DNA from: an uncultured archaeon
Lineage (GTDB): Archaea; Thermoproteota; Nitrososphaeria; Nitrososphaerales; Gagatemarchaeaceae
Length of the DNA: 64,000 nt
Direction: 5' to 3'
Assembly (NCBI GenBank): GCA_963799775.1
Contig: CAWCYD010000003.1
Span: 320,001 to 384,000, forward strand
The notes below the pieces were generated by a model. It worked only from the letters and a program-made list of their open reading frames with translations. It made no database searches and was not told the DNA's origin. Both the position numbers and the translations under genes were made by a program. Positions 1 to 11,365 of this stretch are shown in pieces; within the stretch, counting starts at the first letter, position 1, and every line of letters begins with the position of its first letter.

Positions 1-501
1 TCCGAAAACGAGCTGAGCGTCGCGGGGGAGGCTTCCCAGGTACCTGTCGCTCGCCCTCGCGAGCCCAGGCGAGACTTCGAAGCCAGCTTCGGCAAGCTGA
101 ATCGCCCTCTCGAGGAGAGAGGCGAACTCCAGCCTTCCGTTGCCGCGGTGCAGCTCCTGCACGCCCGCGACAAGGCCTGGCAGGACCACGCTGAACGGGC
201 CGAAGAGCGGCATCTCGTCGAGGCCCCTGGAATGGACCGACTCGAGGGTCAGTCCGGAGGGCGCCCAGCCGCTCCCGTTCAGGCAGCGGACCTTGCCGCT
301 CTTCGCATCGTAGAGTAGGGCGAAGAAGTCACCTCCCAGCCCGCTCAGGTGAGGCAGCACGACGCCCAAGGCGAAACTCGCCGCGACCGCAGAGTCGAAG
401 GCGTTGCCTCCCGCGGCCATGGTGTCCGCACCCGCCCAAGAAGCGAGCGGGTGCTCCGTCGCGATCGAGCAGCGTCTCGAAAGGGTGACCTTTGCTCCCA
501 A
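1..501 (-). CDS. ggt: gamma-glutamyltransferase family protein (N-terminal part, runs off the window)
   Basis: Manual translation from TTG at 501 gives MGAKVTLSRRCSIATEHPLASWAGADTMAAGGNAFDSAVAASFALGVVLPHLSGLGGDFFALLYD..CLNGSG. The GGNAxDA and SGLGGD motifs are typical of GGT. Confidence 0.9.
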   Translation of the reverse strand, partial: MGAKVTLSRRCSIATEHPLASWAGADTMAAGGNAFDSAVAASFALGVVLPHLSGLGGDFFALLYDAKSGKVRCLNGSGWAPSGLTLESVHSRGLDEMPLFGPFSVVLPGLVAGVQELHRGNGRLEFASLLERAIQLAEAGFEVSPGLARASDRYLGSLPRDAQLVFG

Positions 502-581
502 GAGCCCGCCTTGGAAGGTCTCCCTCCGATAAAAGCGCGCCAGTCGTCACCGAGATATACCACCATAGCACTAGTCGCTTC

Positions 582-1474
582 GTGAAGAGCGAGAGAATAG
601 GCTTCATCGGACTGGGGATAATGGGAAGTCTCATGGCCCAGAATCTGATCGACGCAGGATTCAAGCTAACCGTGTTCAACAGGAGCAGGCCAAGGATGGA
701 GAGGCTCGTCTCAGCAGGAGCGGCTCCATCGACGTCACCGAGGGAGGTCGCGGAAAAGAGCGACGTCGTGATCACCATGGTGACCGACTCGGAGGCTGTG
801 AAGGAAGTGGTCCTCGGCAAGGGAGGCGTCGTCGAAGGGGCGCATGCGGGCCTGGTCCTCATCGACATGAGCACCATCTCTCCGAGCGTGACGAGGAGCC
901 TGTCTTCAGCGCTCAGCTCAAAGGGGGTGACGATGCTCGATGCCCCTGTCAGCGGCGGAGACAAGGGAGCCAAGGAGATGGACACCTGACGATTATGGTC
1001 GGAGGCCCGTCCAAGGCCTACGAATCGTGCCTGCCGATCCTCCAAGTTTTGGGCAAGAAGGTGGTCCACATGGGCGAGAGCGGGGCCGGGCAGTTCACCA
1101 AGCTCGCGAACCAGATCTTGGTGGCGTGCAACATGATAGGCGTCTCGGAGTGTCTGAACTTCGCCCGCAAGGCCGGGTTGGATCCAGACAAGCTCATCGA
1201 CTCCCTCTCAGCGGGTGCGGCTTCCTCTTGGAGCTTGGTGAACCTTGGTCCAAGGATGGTGAAGAGAGACTTCGCGCCCGGCTTCAAGGTCAAGCTGCTC
1301 GAGAAGGATCTCCGCTACGTCCTCTCGTCCGGCGAGGAGTAGGATGCATCCCTCCCAGCGACCTCCCTCGTCTACAAGCTCTATCAGCAGCTCGAACGAA
1401 AGGGTCTCGGGGACCTCGGCACCCAGGCATTGCTGACCGTCGTCGAGCAGCCCTCTGACGAGAGCCGAGACTAG
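582..1474 (+). CDS. NAD(P)-dependent 3-hydroxyisobutyrate dehydrogenase / tartronate semialdehyde reductase family (frameshift near 980, in-frame TAG at 1340)
   Basis: IGFIGLGIMG, DAPVSGG, MVGG and GAGQFTKLANQ motifs. The homologous C-terminus (GLGDLGTQAL) continues past the TAG to the stop at 1474. Confidence 0.9.
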
Positions 1475-1510
1475 AAAGCCATATATTCGCGGTCGCATGT
1501 CAGAACAGAC

Positions 1511-1642
1511 ATGTGCGACTGTGAAGAGATGGAGTTCGAAGACTTTGAAGTCATGCTGTCTGCAATCTCAGCAAGGCCTGCTCCGCCCGTAGAGGCGTCT
1601 GTTGCCCCTCTGATCAAGGTCTCCACAAGACGAAACAGGTAG
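1511..1642 (+). CDS. small hypothetical protein, 43 aa, N-terminal CxC
   Basis: MCDCEEMEFEDFEVMLSAISARPAPPVEASVAPLIKVSTRRNR fills the intergenic gap. A BRE/TATA-like gaaagccATATATT lies about 25 nt upstream of the ATG. Confidence 0.6.
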   Translation: MCDCEEMEFEDFEVMLSAISARPAPPVEASVAPLIKVSTRRNR

Positions 1643-1785
1643 GGAGAGCCTCGGCAGCGGCCCGCGTCGCGTGCTGGCGGTTAATGAACGTAGGAATAAC
1701 TGGGTCAGAATAACTTATAAGATATGAATATTGCGACGGGCCCCTTGGCGAAGCTTTTACTCCGCACGTCAGGAGGCGTTCGGGT

Positions 1786-2815
1786 TTGACCGAGTACGAC
1801 ATCGGGCTGACCGGTCTTCACGCGAGGAACGAGAAGACAATCCAGGCGACCCAGGACTGGGAGAGGAGCAGGATCAACGACACGATACTTGACGAGAACT
1901 TGGTCAAGGACTGCGAGCAGCTCGTAGAGCTTCAGAAGCGCCTCGGGGTGAGATATCTGACCGACGGGCAGATCACCCTTCCGTGGCATGAACCTCTTCC
2001 GACCCATCAGCGCCGGGTTCGAAGGGCTCGAGCCGGGGCCGATGGTCAGGTGGTTCAACACCAACACATTCTTCTTCACTCCCATAGTGACAGGCGAGAT
2101 TTCATCAGACGGGAATGTCCTCTCCAAGACCATCGAGAAGAGGTTCGCCGACCAGGCGTCGTCCTCCCTCAAGGTCGTCCTGCCCGACCCTCTCACGTTC
2201 TCTGAGCTCTCCGAGGACAGGATCTACTCGAACAAAGAGAAGCTCCAGTTCGCCTACGCCGACGCGATCTCAAGGGAGCTGCGGGGTCTCTCTTCCGTCG
2301 GCGTGAGGTACGTGCAGTTCTCGTCGCCCAGCCTGGTCTACAGGCTGAAGCAGCGGCCCCTCAAGCGGGACGATCTCAAGCAGCTCGGCGAGGCGATACG
2401 GAGCGCCCTGAAACGGGTCAACCTGGCATCGGGGTTCTATCCCTTCTTCGGAGACGCCTCGCCTTACCTCCCGGACCTTTTCGACGTCATCCCGACGGAC
2501 GACATCGGGATAGACCTCACGCAGACGGACGATTCGGCCCTCTCGGAGACAAAGAAGGGGATTATCGCGGGGATAGTCGACTCTCGCACCACGTATCTCG
2601 AGGACGTCGAGTCGCTCGCGGCGCGCGCCGAGCTAGTCCAGGAACGGACGGGCACGAAGAGGCTCACGCTCGCCCCCTCCGCCGACCTCAGGTACATCCC
2701 ACGAGTCCACGCCGACCAGAAGCTCGAGCTTCTCGGGCGTCTCAAGTCTGTCTTGAAGAAGGGTTCTCCGAAGAAACGAAAGGCGCCAGTCAAGAGGAGG
2801 ACATCGAGGAATTGA
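1786..2815 (+). CDS. cobalamin-independent methionine synthase N-terminal-half-like protein (split MetE, no Zn ligands; frameshift near 1985)
   Basis: TDGQ..W, RWFNTNTFF and YVQFSSPSL motifs. LAPSADL replaces PDCG, so it is non-catalytic like the MetE N-barrel. Confidence 0.8.
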
Positions 2816-4007
2816 AGCCCTTCCCTACGCAAGAGATAGGCAGCCTGCCGAAGTTCGCGTGGAGGTCCAAGCCTTTCAGGCAGATGCCTCTCACTGACGA
2901 CGACCTCGAGACAGCCCGCCAATGGGGAGACCGGCTCCAGGTCGAGGGAAGGACCGACCTCTACAGGCTGCTCTCGAAACGCTACTCTTTCAGCGAGGAA
3001 GAGAAGAAGACTATCGTCGACTTCTCCCTCCTCTACGCCATACGGATGTGCGAGACCGCTGGCCAAGGCATCGCCGAAGAGCCCGGGCTCGACCTGGTGT
3101 GGAGCGGCGAACAGGCGAGGACGGAGATGTACGAGACACCGGTCTCAAACATCGACGGCTTCGAGTTCGTCGGCCGGGTGAGGAGCTTCGACAACAAGTA
3201 CTGGAGGATGGCGTCGATACGCTCGCCACCGAGATACAAGGAGAACTACCACCTGGACGAGTTCCTCTACACCAAGGAGAACACGTCTCGGAGACGCAAA
3301 GGTCCCCGTGACCGACGCCATCACAATCATGGCGTGGTCGGACAACAACTACTACACGGGCAAGTGGGCGAAGAAGGGCAGCCTGAAGCCTGCCCAGAGA
3401 AGTTTCAGCGCCCGCAGGGACTTCACTCTGGAGCTCGCGAAGATAATCCGGAAGGTTATCCGAGAGCTCATCGAGAAGGGAGTCGAGGAGGTCCAGATCG
3501 ACATCCCAGCGGCCACACAGTATCAGTCGGAGGACGACATCAAGCTGGTAGCCGAGTCTTTCAACGAGACGACGGAAGGGCTCTCGGCCACCTTCAGCGT
3601 CCACAGCTGCTTCCCTCCGAGCACGGGTTACGGAATACTCTTCCCCCACCTCCTCGAGATGAAGAAGTGCGAGCGTTTCTCGTTCGAGTACGGCAACCGG
3701 GACACCTTCGAGACGGGTCTAGACGCCCACTCCAGAGTCGGGTTCGAGGAACCTCAAGCTGTTCAAGGAGTACGGCTACAAGAAGGAGCTGGGCGTCGGC
3801 GTGATTCACATCCACACCGACACCCTCCCGAGCGCCGAGGTCGTCAGGGACCGCGTCCTGTACTCCGCCAAGGTCACAGGGCTCCCGCCAGAGAACCTCT
3901 TTGCGACCCCGGACTGCGGTCTGCGGACGAGGCGCCCAGAGGTGGCCCAGAAGATGCTGGACCTCACCGTGGCCGGGGCGGAGCTCGCGAGGCGAGCTTA
4001 CGCTTGA
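2812..4007 (+). CDS. metE: cobalamin-independent methionine synthase catalytic half (frameshifts near 3300 and 3750)
   Basis: FPTQEIGSLP, SGEQARTEMYE, Zn ligands HSC, FEY and PDCGLRT. Confidence 0.88.
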
Positions 4008-5255
4008 TTCCCAAGGTCACGACAATAGGGAGCTATCCCACATTCCCGCGGTCCGAGGAAGTGGAGTACTACTACACGATCTCGCAGCACGGACTCGGCG
4101 GCGAGGTGGTCGACCCCTACCTTTGGGCGATCGAGGAAGCCATCAAGGACTTCACCTCCGCTGGAGTCGAGGTTCGCGTCGACCGGCCAGTCCAGAGGTG
4201 ACCTCTACTCGCTCTTCCTCGACCCGAAGTTCGTGAAAGGCGTCTCGTGGCAGGGGGCGGACGCCTACATCAACGAGAAGATCGAGCGAACCGGGCCCAT
4301 CCGCCTCGCCGACGCGCTCCATGCGAGGGCCGTCCTCCCGAGGCAATACGAGCTGAAGGAGCCCATAACCGACGCCTACACGCTCGCCCGTTACGCGAAG
4401 ATCAACACGGGGGCCTACGCAGACACAAGGGAACTTGCGAAGGAGATCAACAGGAAGATAATCATCCCCGAGATCGAAGACCTACAGAAGAGCGGCGCCG
4501 TCTCATGGCTCCAACTCGACTCCCCGACGATCGCGGCCGAGTCCTCCCCCCCCGACTACATCAGGGACCTCTACGAGGAGCTCGCGACGGTCTCGAAACT
4601 CCCGATCGTCGTGCACGCCTGCGGCGACACGGTGAGGATATTCTCTTCGTTGCTCACGAAGCTCAAGGTCCAGACGATCTCGATGGACTTCTACCATTAT
4701 CCAAAGCTCTTCGAGGAGGTGGCCAAGAAGAGCTACGACCAGACCATAGGCCTCGGCTGCACCGACAGCCAGAGCCCGCGGGTCGAGACCGTCGACGAGA
4801 CCAGGCGGCTCATCGCGTTCGCCCAGGTGAGGATAGGGAGGGACAGGATCCAGTTCGTGCACCCTCACTGCGGCCAGAGGAACCTCAACCGCGAGGTCGC
4901 GTACGAGAAGAACGTCGTCCTGACCCTCGCTCGGGACGACGCTTGCTTCGGCCAGCCTGAGGAGGCCTCTGCGTCCCATCTCACTGAGAAGGAGTACGAC
5001 CCCAAGGGCTACTTCCTCGTCGCGGTGAGCAGGGAGACGAAGGAGATAGTCGTGACCTACTACACCTTCGAGCACGTAGCGAAGAAGAGGTTCAGGAGCA
5101 AGTCCGCCGAGAGGCTATTCCAGTCCCTCAACGACGAGGCCGACGCTCTTGGGCTATCGAGGAGGCACCTCTCCTACCTGACGCTCGAGCTTGGGCGCGC
5201 CGAGGCCTCACTCGCCTCCGAGTCGCAGACCTATCGGCAAAAAGTGATAGAGTAG
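4004..5255 (+). CDS. core (MesA-like) methionine-synthase-fold protein with C-terminal DUF4346-like domain (frameshift near 4175)
   Basis: TTIGSYP start, LQLDSP, HAC and HPHCGQR. The C-terminal DPKGYFLV...LSRRHLSYLTLELGRAE matches the DUF4346 pattern. Confidence 0.75.
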
Positions 5256-6131
5256 TGAGGCTTGCGGAGAGGCTGGAGAGAGGCATCTTCACCACGGTGG
5301 TGGAGATCTTCCCTCCGAACTTCAGCGCCGAGACGGCAAAAGAGCCTCTGCTCGGCCTACGCCAGAAGACGCAGGACATCGTCGCCCGGGTGAAGAAGGT
5401 GGAGTACCTGGCGGACTGCGTCCTTGTGGCCGACATGAATGGACCTGGGCAGGCTGAAGCTCTCGAGCATATACACCGCGGCGATGCTAAAGCGGGAACT
5501 TGACACGGAGGTCATCCCGGTCATCGCAGCCAGGGACGGCAACAGGTCTGCGGTAAGGGCACTCTTCTTGAGCGCCCTTTCCTACGGTCTGGACTCCGTG
5601 ATGCTCGTGTGGGGTGACCGGTATAACGAAGGGGAGGGCTCTGCCAACGTCTACGACTTCCCTTCGCTCTCCGTCGTCATCAAGGAGATGAGGGAGCTGG
5701 CGGAAAGGGCGGACGTCAAGGCCACCATCCTTGCCCCCGTGAACATCGCGACGCTCGGGACCAAGAAGGGCGACGAGATCGCGAGCTCGCGACTCAAGAA
5801 CGGGGCCGATTGCCTGCTCGCCCAGCCGCCCACCTCTGACGTGACGCAGACGCTGCCCAGTCAGGTCAAGATCCTGGAAGAGAAGAAGCTGAAGAAGAGG
5901 GTGCTCCTCAACGTCTTCCCGTTCAGGGACAAGGAGGACATCGAGGCGTGCCGGAAGCGATTCAACTGGAACATCCCACCGGCATTGGACAAGATGGCCG
6001 AGGAAGGAGGAGAGGCCAGGCTGCTCAAGGAGTCGAGGTCTGTTGTGGAGAAGATGCGAAACGACCGCCTCCCCGGGGTCTACGTCTCGACTAGAGGCAG
6101 ACCTGAACTCGCGCGCTTCATCCTCGACTGA
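5255..6131 (+). CDS. methylenetetrahydrofolate reductase (MetF)-like flavoprotein (frameshift near 5440)
   Basis: TVVEIFPP, VLVAD, IPVIAARDGNR, LVWGD and GADCLLAQP match the MTHFR family pattern. Confidence 0.8.
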
Positions 6132-6199
6132 GACGAACCCTTCGCACGATCCCTTGAAGACCTAAATATCGTCGAGCGTGCGAGTTCGAGTCTCTCCCA

Positions 6200-6913
6200 T
6201 TGAAGGCCCTGATTCTCGCCGGCGGTCAGGGCCTGAGGCTCAGACCGCTAACGGACGACAGGCCAAAACCTCTGGTGGCTGTGGGAGGAAAGCCGATAGC
6301 CGAGTGGCAGCTCGACTGGCTCATCAGGAACGTCAAGCTGGACAGGGCGACGTTTCTCTGCGGCTACAAGTGGACTAGGCTCAAGGAGCATTTCGGGAGC
6401 GACTATCGGGGCGTCAAGATCGAGTACAGCGTCGAGGAGACGCCTCTCGGGACAGGTGGGGCCTTCCGCAAAGCGATAGAGTCAGGCGACATGGGAGACG
6501 AAGACGTCGTCATGATGAACGGGGACATCATAACGGAGCTCCCGCTCAAGGAGATGATCGGCGCCCGTTCAAGGGCCAAAGCGACCCCGGTGATAACGCT
6601 CATGCTCGTGCCCTACAAGTCGCGGTTCGGGATAGTGCACGTCGACGAGGAGGGCTTCGTGAGAGGCTTCGAGGAAAAGCCCGAGTTCAAGGATGTCTGG
6701 ATCAACGGCGGCGTCTACGTGGGGAACGCGAAGAGGCTCCTTCCGTCGCTCCCAAAAAGAGGGGACATCGAGAGAGAGACCTTCCCGAAGCTCGCAAAGG
6801 CAGGACAGGTCGCGGCCTATCGGTTCAGGGGTTTCTGGTCGCTGGTCGACTCGATCAAGGACATCCAAGAGGTCGAGAAAGAGCTCGCGCCCCGCAAGCC
6901 AGGCACTAGCTGA
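6200..6913 (+). CDS. NDP-sugar nucleotidyltransferase family protein
   Basis: ALILAGGQGLRLRPLT..PKPL, EETPLGTGGA, NGD and EEKP motifs. Confidence 0.92.
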   Translation: MKALILAGGQGLRLRPLTDDRPKPLVAVGGKPIAEWQLDWLIRNVKLDRATFLCGYKWTRLKEHFGSDYRGVKIEYSVEETPLGTGGAFRKAIESGDMGDEDVVMMNGDIITELPLKEMIGARSRAKATPVITLMLVPYKSRFGIVHVDEEGFVRGFEEKPEFKDVWINGGVYVGNAKRLLPSLPKRGDIERETFPKLAKAGQVAAYRFRGFWSLVDSIKDIQEVEKELAPRKPGTS

Positions 6914-7004
6914 ACCCTGGTTGGTCGGGGACACGGGCGCCTCCGCTGGGAAATCCTTATTATGGCACCGCGGGGTGCGCCCTTTGGTAAGGGTCAATGA
7001 ATCC

Positions 7005-8105
7005 TTGCCACAAAGTTTTGTCGCGAAATTAAAGTCAGCCTCTCAAGCTTACACTTTCAGAGACTTCATCCTTCTCCCCGGGCGGAGCGAGGTCGAACCA
7101 AAGGACATCGACCTCTCTTCTCGAGTGACCAAGAACATCAAGCTCTCCCTCCCGTTCGTCTCTTCGCCCATGGACACGGTGACCGAGTGGAAGATGGCCG
7201 CGGAGCTCGCGAGGATAGGAGCGGTGGGCGTCATCCATCGCAACATGAGGGTGGAGAGCCAGGTCGACCAGGTCAAGAAAGCGAAAGCAGCCAAGGTCGA
7301 AGCCAAGACAGTCGATGCGAAGGGAAGGCCGCTCGTGGGGGCCTCGGTCTCCCCCCTAGACACGAAGAGGTGCGAGGCTCTGGACAAGGTCGCGGACTTC
7401 CTGGTCTCGGACGTCGCGCACTTCCACAACTCCAACCTCCTGAGGGTCACGGCGAAGCTACTGCCGAACCTTAGCTCTGACTTTGTAGCTGGAAACATAG
7501 GCACGAGGCGGGCCGTCCGAGACATCCTCGCCGAGCTGCCCAGGGTCGAGGGCTTTAGGGTCGGAATCGGCTCAGGTTCTGTCTGCATCACCTCGGAGGT
7601 GACGCGCGTGGGCGCACCGACGCTCTTCGCCGTCTCCGAGGTCGCGACAGCCGTCAACGAGCTCAACTCGGACGTCCCAATCATCGCGGACGGCGGCATC
7701 CGTGGCGCGGGGGACGCCTCGCTCGCGCTCGCTGCCGGCGCCTCGACTGTCATGCTGGGCTCGATGTTGGCGGGCTGCGACGAGTCCCCGTCCAAGGTCG
7801 TCATCAAGGACGGCAGGAAGATGAAGGTGCACAGGGGGATGGCAAGCGCCGCCGCAAGGAGCGTGAGGTTCGCGCTCGACAGATACAGCGTCCCGGCGAA
7901 AGGGCTCGAGGAGGGGGTGGAGGCCTACGTTGCCTACTCGGGCAAAGCCTCAGACGTCCTTGGCAACCTGGCGAACGGCCTGAAGGCTTCCTTCGGGTAC
8001 TCCGGGGCGAAGAGCATCCCCGATCTCTGGAACGTCGCATCGTTCGGTTACGTTTCTCCACAGGGCACCACCGAGCTCGGCGTCCACTCTCTAACCCTAA
8101 AGTGA
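7005..8105 (+). CDS. guaB: IMP dehydrogenase (no CBS subdomain)
   Basis: SSPMDTVT, GIGSGSVCIT (catalytic Cys), IIADGGIR and HRGMAS. It lies directly upstream of guaA. Confidence 0.9.
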   Translation: MPQSFVAKLKSASQAYTFRDFILLPGRSEVEPKDIDLSSRVTKNIKLSLPFVSSPMDTVTEWKMAAELARIGAVGVIHRNMRVESQVDQVKKAKAAKVEAKTVDAKGRPLVGASVSPLDTKRCEALDKVADFLVSDVAHFHNSNLLRVTAKLLPNLSSDFVAGNIGTRRAVRDILAELPRVEGFRVGIGSGSVCITSEVTRVGAPTLFAVSEVATAVNELNSDVPIIADGGIRGAGDASLALAAGASTVMLGSMLAGCDESPSKVVIKDGRKMKVHRGMASAAARSVRFALDRYSVPAKGLEEGVEAYVAYSGKASDVLGNLANGLKASFGYSGAKSIPDLWNVASFGYVSPQGTTELGVHSLTLK

Positions 8106-9732
8106 GCGTGCGACACTTGCGCTCTTCCGGACTCGAATCAGCGCCGCCGAGTCGAGCCGACAAAGGGAAGAGGCCGAAGAAGGAGCTCAGCCTCTTGCGA
8201 GGAGGGATAGCGGTCCTGGATTTCGGAGGTCAGTACTCTCACCTCATAGCCAGGCGGATCAGGGGCCTCGGCGTCTACGCGGCCCTCCTCCCGTTCGACG
8301 CGACGCTCCATTCGCTGCAAGAGATGGGAGTCAAAGGCGTGGTCCTCTCAGGGGGACCGTCCAGCGTCTACGAGCCAGGGGCACCTCACCCAGACAAGGA
8401 GATCTTCTCCGGGAAGATCCCGGTCCTGGGCATCTGCTACGGCTACCAACTCCTAGTCCAGGGCCACGGCGGCGAGGTTAAGAAAGCTGCAAGGAGGGAG
8501 TACGGCAAGTCCAGCCTCAGGATAACCGACCGCGCCACCCTCTTCAAAGGGATAGACGAGGCGACGATGACCTGCTGGATGAGCCACGGCGACTCGGCGA
8601 CGAAGCTACCGCGAGACCTCTCCACGATGGCCACGAGCGACAACTCGCCCTTCGCGGCGATCAAGTCTGCCGACGGCGTCCAGTTCGGCGTCCAGTTCCA
8701 CCCTGAGGTGGTGCACACGCAGAACGGCGACAGGATACTCTCCAACTTCGTCTTTTCTGTCTGCGAGGCAGAGCGAAAGTGGACGATGAAAGAGTTCCTC
8801 GAGGACACGCTCGAGGAGCTCGAGCGGACCGACGATGGAAGGGTGCTCTGCGCCGTCTCTGGAGGCGTCGACTCCTCTGTCGCCTCCGTCCTCCTGAACA
8901 AGGCCCTCCACGAGAGGCTCCAGTGCGTCTTCATCGACACCGGGCTGCTGCGGGAGGGCGAGGCCGAGGAGGTGTCACGGTTCCTTAGGCACGACCTGGG
9001 GGTCCCGATCGAGTTCGAGGATGCCTCTGAACTCTTCTTGAAGTCCCTGAGAGGCGTCACCGACTCCGAAGAGAAGAGGAAGATCATCGGGCGAACCTTC
9101 GCCGAAGTGTTCGAAGAATACGCGAGGAAGAAAGGGCCTTTCCGATATCTCGCTCAGGGGACACCTATATCCGGATGTGATAGAGAGCGGACACACCAAC
9201 GCGCCCGCCTCGATCATCAAGACGCACCACAACGTCGGAGGGCTCCCGAAGGCAACTCAAGCTGGAGCTGATCGAGCCTCTGAGGGAGCTATACAAGGAC
9301 GAGGTCAGGGCGCTCGGAGTCCTGCTTGGCCTGCCCTCCACCGTGGTCGGCAGGCATCCGTTCCCTGGTCCCGGTCTCGCCGTCCGGATAATAGGAGAGG
9401 TCACTCCTGAGAAGCTCACGGTCTGCCGGGGCGCCAACGCCGTGGTCGAGCAAGTCATGCGGGAGGAGAAGCTCTATGACGAGGTCTGGCAGGCATTCGC
9501 GTACGTGGGCGACGACAAGGTCACAGGCGTGCTCGGGGACGTGCGGCGCCTCGGTTACCAAGTGACTGTGCGGATAGTCCAATCGGTGGACGCGATGACC
9601 GCCGACTGGTATCGCCTTCCCTACGAGGTCATGGAGAAGATCTCGGGAAGGATAACCAACGAGGTCGAGGGCGTCGTGAGCGTCGCGTACTCGATCTCCT
9701 CGAAGCCGCCTGCCACGATCGAGCCCCAGTGA
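8102..9732 (+). CDS. guaA: GMP synthase, fused glutaminase + ATP-PPase (frameshifts near 9165 and 9255)
   Basis: [44 protein letters not shown] and SKPPATIE. Confidence 0.95.
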
Positions 9733-9747
9733 AGGCGTGGATGGAGT

Positions 9748-10744
9748 TTGCCCGAGTTTCTCGGCCCCCAAACCGAGCTCGCTGAGCTGCACGTCCACCT
9801 GGGGAGCTCTGTCGACCCTGCGGTGATGTGGGAGATCGCGCACGCCCAGGGGATCAGGCTACCCACGAAGGACTACTGGCGCTTCGTGGACCTGATAACG
9901 GCGAACCCAAGGAAGGTGAAGTCTTTCGAAGACTACCTGGCCCTCTTCCACTGGACCGAGCTCATCCAATCGAGCCCCCTCGCGATAGAAACCTCCGTCT
10001 ACCAGACCATCGCCGGGGCATATCGGAAAAACAACATCACGCTCCTCGAGCTTCGGTTCAACCCAATGAAGAGGAACCGCGGGGGCGAGAGGGACCTCGA
10101 CCAGATAATGATGGCCGCGGTCCGAGGCATCGACAGGGCGTCGCTAGAGTACCCGGTGAAGACAGGCATCATCATATGCCTCGACAGGACCTTCGACAGG
10201 CACCTCAACGAGATACTCCTGGAGAAGGCACTGAAGTACCAGAGCAGAGGGGTCGTGGGGATAGACATCGCCGGCTCCGCCCGAAAGGGGTTCCGTTATT
10301 CTGAGTGCAAGCCCCTCTACAGGAGAGCGCGCCAAGAAGGACTGGGCTTGACCGTCCACGCCGGTGAGGACGAGGGCCACAGATCGGTCCTAGACGTCCT
10401 TGAGCACCTCGAGCCGCAGCGGATAGGACACGGCGTGAGGGCGATTGATGGACCCCGAGACGCTCGACCTCATCCGAGAACGGGGGGTCACTCTGGAGCT
10501 CTGCCCCTCCTCGAACCTGAGCACCGGCGTTGTGAAGGGCGTGGGAGACATGAAGCGTGTCTTCAGGCAGCTCAACAAGAGCAGGGTCAAGTACACGATA
10601 AACACGGACGGGCCGGAGATGCTCATGACAAACTTGAGGGGCGAGATCGACTTTCTGCTGCGGAATCACATCATCGGGAAGGATGACGTGCTGAGGGCCA
10701 ACAAGAACGCCTTCGCCGCCAGTTTCGTGGGCATGAAGGCCTAA
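9748..10744 (+). CDS. add: adenosine deaminase family protein (frameshift near 10450)
   Basis: AELHVHLG, TVHAGE, RIGHG, LELCPSSN and INTDGP. Confidence 0.9.
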
Positions 10745-10771
10745 ATCCGGAGCGAGCGACTAGAGGGGAGA

Positions 10772-11335
10772 ATGAGCGTGGAGCGTCCAGGCAAGCCGAA
10801 GAAGGACGACGAGAGCCCGTCTCCCAAGACACAGGCCGAAGACGCGATAGACGAGAGCGTCCTCGAAGAGGGGTCGTACTACCTCTCCAAGCTGGATCTG
10901 GACGTCGACGCCATAGCCCAAAGATTCGAGATCCTTCGAGCAGAGGTGCTGAGGCACAAGACGAGCTTCGAGCGCAAGCTGAAGAGCGGGGACGCCCTAG
11001 AAGTGTCGACCGACCTGGCCTTCTGGCGGAGCGTCAAGGAGGAGGCGGAGGGGAACGTCAAGGTGACGTTCGTCTCAGACAAGGGCTTCCACCACGCGTG
11101 GAGATCCGACCTGGAAAAGATGGACGGGCCCACGCTCCTGGGCATATTCGAATCCTGCAAGCGGTTTCTCAACCTCGACCCCAATTCGAGGTTCTTGGAG
11201 TACTCGCCGCCGAAGAACTACGACCCCCTAGCCATGCAACGTGAGATCAGCAAGGCCGTCGCCGTGATCACCAGCATCATGGAGAAGAAGTGGAATGCCG
11301 GGAGCGAGGAAAAGTCGACGTCGCGCGACGTTTAA
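10772..11335 (+). CDS. hypothetical protein
   Basis: 187-aa ORF with host-like codon usage that fills the gap. No family recognised. Confidence 0.7.
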   Translation: MSVERPGKPKKDDESPSPKTQAEDAIDESVLEEGSYYLSKLDLDVDAIAQRFEILRAEVLRHKTSFERKLKSGDALEVSTDLAFWRSVKEEAEGNVKVTFVSDKGFHHAWRSDLEKMDGPTLLGIFESCKRFLNLDPNSRFLEYSPPKNYDPLAMQREISKAVAVITSIMEKKWNAGSEEKSTSRDV

Positions 11336-11365
11336 CTCCGTCCTCGCTCGTCGAACATCCTCCGG

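Noticed and set aside
1340-1342. In-frame TAG in the hydroxyacid dehydrogenase as pyrrolysine or stop-codon readthrough
   Set aside because: It is a single case at a non-catalytic position where TTG (Leu) fits, TAG is used as a normal stop elsewhere in the window, and no pyl genes are seen. It is most likely a base error or a nonsense mutation.
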